DNA of 39,639 nucleotides, taken from positions 1 to 39,639 of the forward strand of contig JBBSSF010000001.1 of the NCBI GenBank assembly GCA_038242345.1, given 5' to 3'. The stretch's first letter is position 1. Each line of letters begins with the position of its first letter. The DNA is from Hyphomicrobiales bacterium (lineage in GTDB: Bacteria > Pseudomonadota > Alphaproteobacteria > Rhizobiales > Segnochrobactraceae). The position numbers were made by a program, and so were the translations under genes. The notes under the pieces are model-generated. The model was not told the origin of the DNA. It did no database searches and saw only the letters and a program-made list of their open reading frames with translations. This document shows, piece after piece, positions 36,800 through 39,639 of the stretch.

Positions 36800-38377
36800 A
36801 TGCTTGATGACGCCGTGAAGACCCAGCTCAAGGCCTATCTGGAGCGGGTCGTCCGTCCGATCGAGATCACGGCCTTCGTCGATGACGGTGCAGGGTCGAA
36901 GGAGATGCTCGACCTGCTCGCCGACATCGCGTCGCTCTCGGACAAGATCACCGTGACCGAAGTGCGCGGCGGCGACGCCCGCGTGCCGTCCTTCTCCCTG
37001 AACAGCCCCGGCGAGAACATCCATCTGGGCTTTGCCGGCCTGCCCATGGGCCACGAGTTCACCTCCCTGGTGCTCGCGCTGCTGCAGACCGGCGGCTATC
37101 CGCCGAAGGTGGAGCAGGCGCTCGTCGATCAGATCCGCGGGCTGACGGGCGATTTCAGCTTCGAGACCTATTTCTCCCAGTCCTGCCAGAACTGCCCCGA
37201 GGTGGTGCAGGCCCTGAACCTGATGGCCGTGCTGAACCCGGGCATCCGCCATGTCGCCATCGACGGCGCCTCCTTCCAGAGCGAGGTCGAGAGCCGTCAG
37301 ATCATGTCGGTGCCGACCATCTATCTGAACGGCCAGGTGTTCGGTCAGGGCCGGATGGGCCCGGAAGAGATCGTCGCCCGGCTCGACACGGGCGCGGCCG
37401 GCCGCGAGGCGGCCCGGCTCGACGCCATGGCGCCCTATGACGTGCTGGTGGTGGGCGGCGGCCCGGCCGGTGCAGCGGCGGCCATCTATGCGGCGCGCAA
37501 GGGCGTGCGCACGGGGGTCGTGGCCGAGCGCTTCGGCGGCCAGGTGCTCGACACCATGGACATCGAGAACTTCATCTCGGTGCCCCATACCGAGGGCCCC
37601 AAGCTGGCGGCCGCCCTCGAGCAGCATGTGCGCGACTATGAAGTGGAGGTGATGACCCTCCAGACCGCGGTCAAGCTGGTGCCGGGGGCGGACCGCATCG
37701 CCGTCGAGTTCGCCAGCGGCGCGACGCTTGCGTCCAGGGCCATCATTCTCGCCACCGGCGCCCGCTGGCGGCAGATGGGGGTTCCGGGCGAGGACCAGTA
37801 CCGCACCCGGGGCGTGGCCTACTGCCCGCACTGCGATGGCCCGCTGTTCAAGGGCAAGCGCGTGGCGGTCATCGGCGGCGGCAATTCCGGTGTCGAGGCG
37901 GCCATCGACCTGGCCGGCGTCGTCGCCCATGTGACGCTGATCGAGTTCGACAGCAAGCTCCGCGCCGACGAGGTGCTGCAGCGCAAGCTGCACTCGCTGC
38001 CCAACGTCAAGGTGATCGTCTCCGCCCGCACCACCGAGGTGACCGGCGACGGCCAGAAGGTCAACGGCCTCGTCTATGAGGACCGCACCACGGGCCAGAG
38101 CCACACCCTGCCGCTCGAAGGCATCTTCGTGCAGATCGGCCTTCTGCCCAACACCGAATGGCTGAAGGGCAGCCTCGAGCTCTCGCCGCGCGGCGAGATC
38201 ATCGTCGACGCGAAGGGCCAGACCTCGGTTCCGGGCGTGTTTGCGGCCGGCGACTGCACGACGGTGCCCTACAAGCAGATCATCATCGCCATGGGCGAGG
38301 GCGCAAAGGCCTCGCTCGGTGCGTTCGATCATCTGATCCGGACCTCGGCACCGGCGGCCCGGAGCGCGGCCGCCTGA
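36800..38377 (+). CDS. ahpF: Alkyl hydroperoxide reductase subunit F
   Basis: [12 protein letters not shown]-terminal CQNC, GGGPAG, CPHCDG and GGGNSG motifs. Confidence 0.97.
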   Translation: MLDDAVKTQLKAYLERVVRPIEITAFVDDGAGSKEMLDLLADIASLSDKITVTEVRGGDARVPSFSLNSPGENIHLGFAGLPMGHEFTSLVLALLQTGGYPPKVEQALVDQIRGLTGDFSFETYFSQSCQNCPEVVQALNLMAVLNPGIRHVAIDGASFQSEVESRQIMSVPTIYLNGQVFGQGRMGPEEIVARLDTGAAGREAARLDAMAPYDVLVVGGGPAGAAAAIYAARKGVRTGVVAERFGGQVLDTMDIENFISVPHTEGPKLAAALEQHVRDYEVEVMTLQTAVKLVPGADRIAVEFASGATLASRAIILATGARWRQMGVPGEDQYRTRGVAYCPHCDGPLFKGKRVAVIGGGNSGVEAAIDLAGVVAHVTLIEFDSKLRADEVLQRKLHSLPNVKVIVSARTTEVTGDGQKVNGLVYEDRTTGQSHTLPLEGIFVQIGLLPNTEWLKGSLELSPRGEIIVDAKGQTSVPGVFAAGDCTTVPYKQIIIAMGEGAKASLGAFDHLIRTSAPAARSAAA

Positions 38378-38516
38378 GCGCCGGGCGCTCCGCAGACGGC
38401 ATCCCCGGGGCAGGCGGCGGACCGCATGCCCCGGGAGCGCCCCGGGAGCGCAGGACCGGGCGCCGGCGGCCGGTCTTCTTGTGGCCGGCGGGCGGGAACA
38501 GGCGGAGATCGCGTCG

Positions 38517-39467
38517 ATGACTCTCCGGGAACTGCAATATCTGGTCGCGCTGGCCACCCACCGGAATTTCCGGCGGGCGGCCGAAATGTGTCTGGTCAGC
38601 CAGCCGACCCTGTCGACCCAGATCCGCAAGCTGGAAGAGGAACTCGGCGTGCTCCTGGTGGAGCGCGGCCCGCGCAGCGTGATGCTGACCCCGGCCGGCC
38701 GGGATGCGGCGGACCGGGCCCGGCGCATCCTGAGCGAGGTCGAGGAGATGAAGGAGGCCGCCCGGCGCGCCTATGCGTCGGAGGCGGGGACCCTGCGCCT
38801 CGGCGTCTTCCCGACCCTTGCCCCCTATCTGCTGCCCGATGTGGTGCCGGTGGTGCGGGAGCGCTTTCCCCTGCTGGACCTGCTGCTGTTCGAGGAAAAG
38901 AGCGCGGTCCTGCTCGACCGTCTCCGGCACGGCGCCCTCGATGCGGCGCTGCTGGCCCTGCCGGTGGCCGATGCCCGGCTGCACAGCGCCTTCCTGTTCG
39001 AGGAACCGTTCATGGTGGCGGTTCCGGTCGACCATCCGCTTGCCGGCCAGTCCGGCCTGACGCTCAAGGAACTCGGCCTGCACAATCTGATGCTTCTGGA
39101 GGACGGTCACTGCCTGCGCGATCAGGCCCTTGAGGTATGCCAGCTGTCCGGCGCGCGGGAGACATCCGAGTTTCGCGCCACCAGCCTGGAGACCCTGCGT
39201 CAGATGGTGGTGGCCGGGGCCGGGATCACCCTTCTGCCGGTGCTGGCGACCCGGGGCCGGACGGCGGGCTCGGACAAGCTGCGCCTGCTGACCTTCCGGG
39301 ATTCCCATCCGAGCCGGCAGATCGGGCTTCTATGGCGGCGGACCTCGGCCATGGGGCCGCTTCTGGAACAGCTGGTCACGCTGCTGCGCCGGGAGCTGCC
39401 GGCCGTGCTGCCGGAAGTGCGCTGGTCGCCCTCGGCCGCATCCGAGGCAGCCGGGCCGCCGCTGTGA
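38517..39467 (+). CDS. oxyR: Hydrogen peroxide-sensing LysR regulator OxyR
   Basis: LysR HTH VSQPTLSTQIRKLE, redox motif LEDGHCLRDQALEVC and RATSLETLRQMV; follows ahpCF. Confidence 0.93.
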   Translation: MTLRELQYLVALATHRNFRRAAEMCLVSQPTLSTQIRKLEEELGVLLVERGPRSVMLTPAGRDAADRARRILSEVEEMKEAARRAYASEAGTLRLGVFPTLAPYLLPDVVPVVRERFPLLDLLLFEEKSAVLLDRLRHGALDAALLALPVADARLHSAFLFEEPFMVAVPVDHPLAGQSGLTLKELGLHNLMLLEDGHCLRDQALEVCQLSGARETSEFRATSLETLRQMVVAGAGITLLPVLATRGRTAGSDKLRLLTFRDSHPSRQIGLLWRRTSAMGPLLEQLVTLLRRELPAVLPEVRWSPSAASEAAGPPL

Positions 39468-39531
39468 GACCAGGCGCACGACGTGCCGACCGCACCTTAT
39501 ACCAAAGAGTCCTCTTCGAGGATCTTTGGGA
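39468..39531 (+). mobile_element. Internally deleted copy of the element (left 32 bp joined to the 32-bp terminal module)
   Basis: GACCAGGCGCACGACGTGCCGACCGCACCTTA joined to TACCAAAG...CTTTGGGA; lies exactly between the TGA stops of oxyR and the convergent acyltransferase. Confidence 0.88.
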
Positions 39532-39639
39532 TCAGTCGACAAAGCCCCGCTGCCGGGTGAAGTAGCCGCTCTCAGGCACCGGCCGCAGGGCCACGGCCGG
39601 GGTACCGCCATAGAGCATGCCCGGCTCGGTCATCGGCCG
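39499..39639. repeat. Terminal direct repeat (copy 2); circularisation overlap
   Basis: Identical to 1-141. Confidence 0.95.

Noticed and set aside
3617-39534. Dispersed repeats as a CRISPR array
   Set aside because: Units are about 124 bp, separated by whole genes, in both orientations, and there are no cas genes.
39499-39639. Biological terminal repeat of a phage or linear element
   Set aside because: There are no phage genes, the repeat cuts through a CDS, and an exact 141-bp overlap is typical of k-mer assembly of a circle.

Overview
The window is almost certainly a complete circular alphaproteobacterial plasmid of 39,498 bp, because bases 1-141 recur exactly at 39499-39639 as an assembly overlap. 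The backbone (29.7-33.5 kb) has an iteron/DnaA-box origin, an RPA-type RepA, a ParA plus ribbon-helix-helix partition pair with centromere-like repeats, and a serine resolvase. About 29 kb encodes a Wzx/Wzy-dependent, probably fucose-containing surface polysaccharide system: wza, wzc, wzx, two Wzy/O-antigen-ligase-like proteins, five glycosyltransferases, two acetyltransferases, galE, ugd, gmd, fcl, manC, manB and an AGE-family isomerase. The remaining cargo is a GMC oxidoreductase/aldo-keto reductase pair and an ahpC-ahpF-oxyR module. The most striking unexplained signal is a 122-124 bp three-hairpin element present as 12 full-length and 4 partial copies. It has TACCA...TGGTA ends, 3-bp TNA target duplications that often are stop codons, compensatory base changes in its stems and an orientation bias, and it brackets every gene between 10.6 and 20.2 kb like cassettes. 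A second CTAG-bounded repeat family is interleaved with it. I saw no transposase, integrase, relaxase or priming glycosyltransferase. All coordinates and family assignments were read by eye, without database searches.
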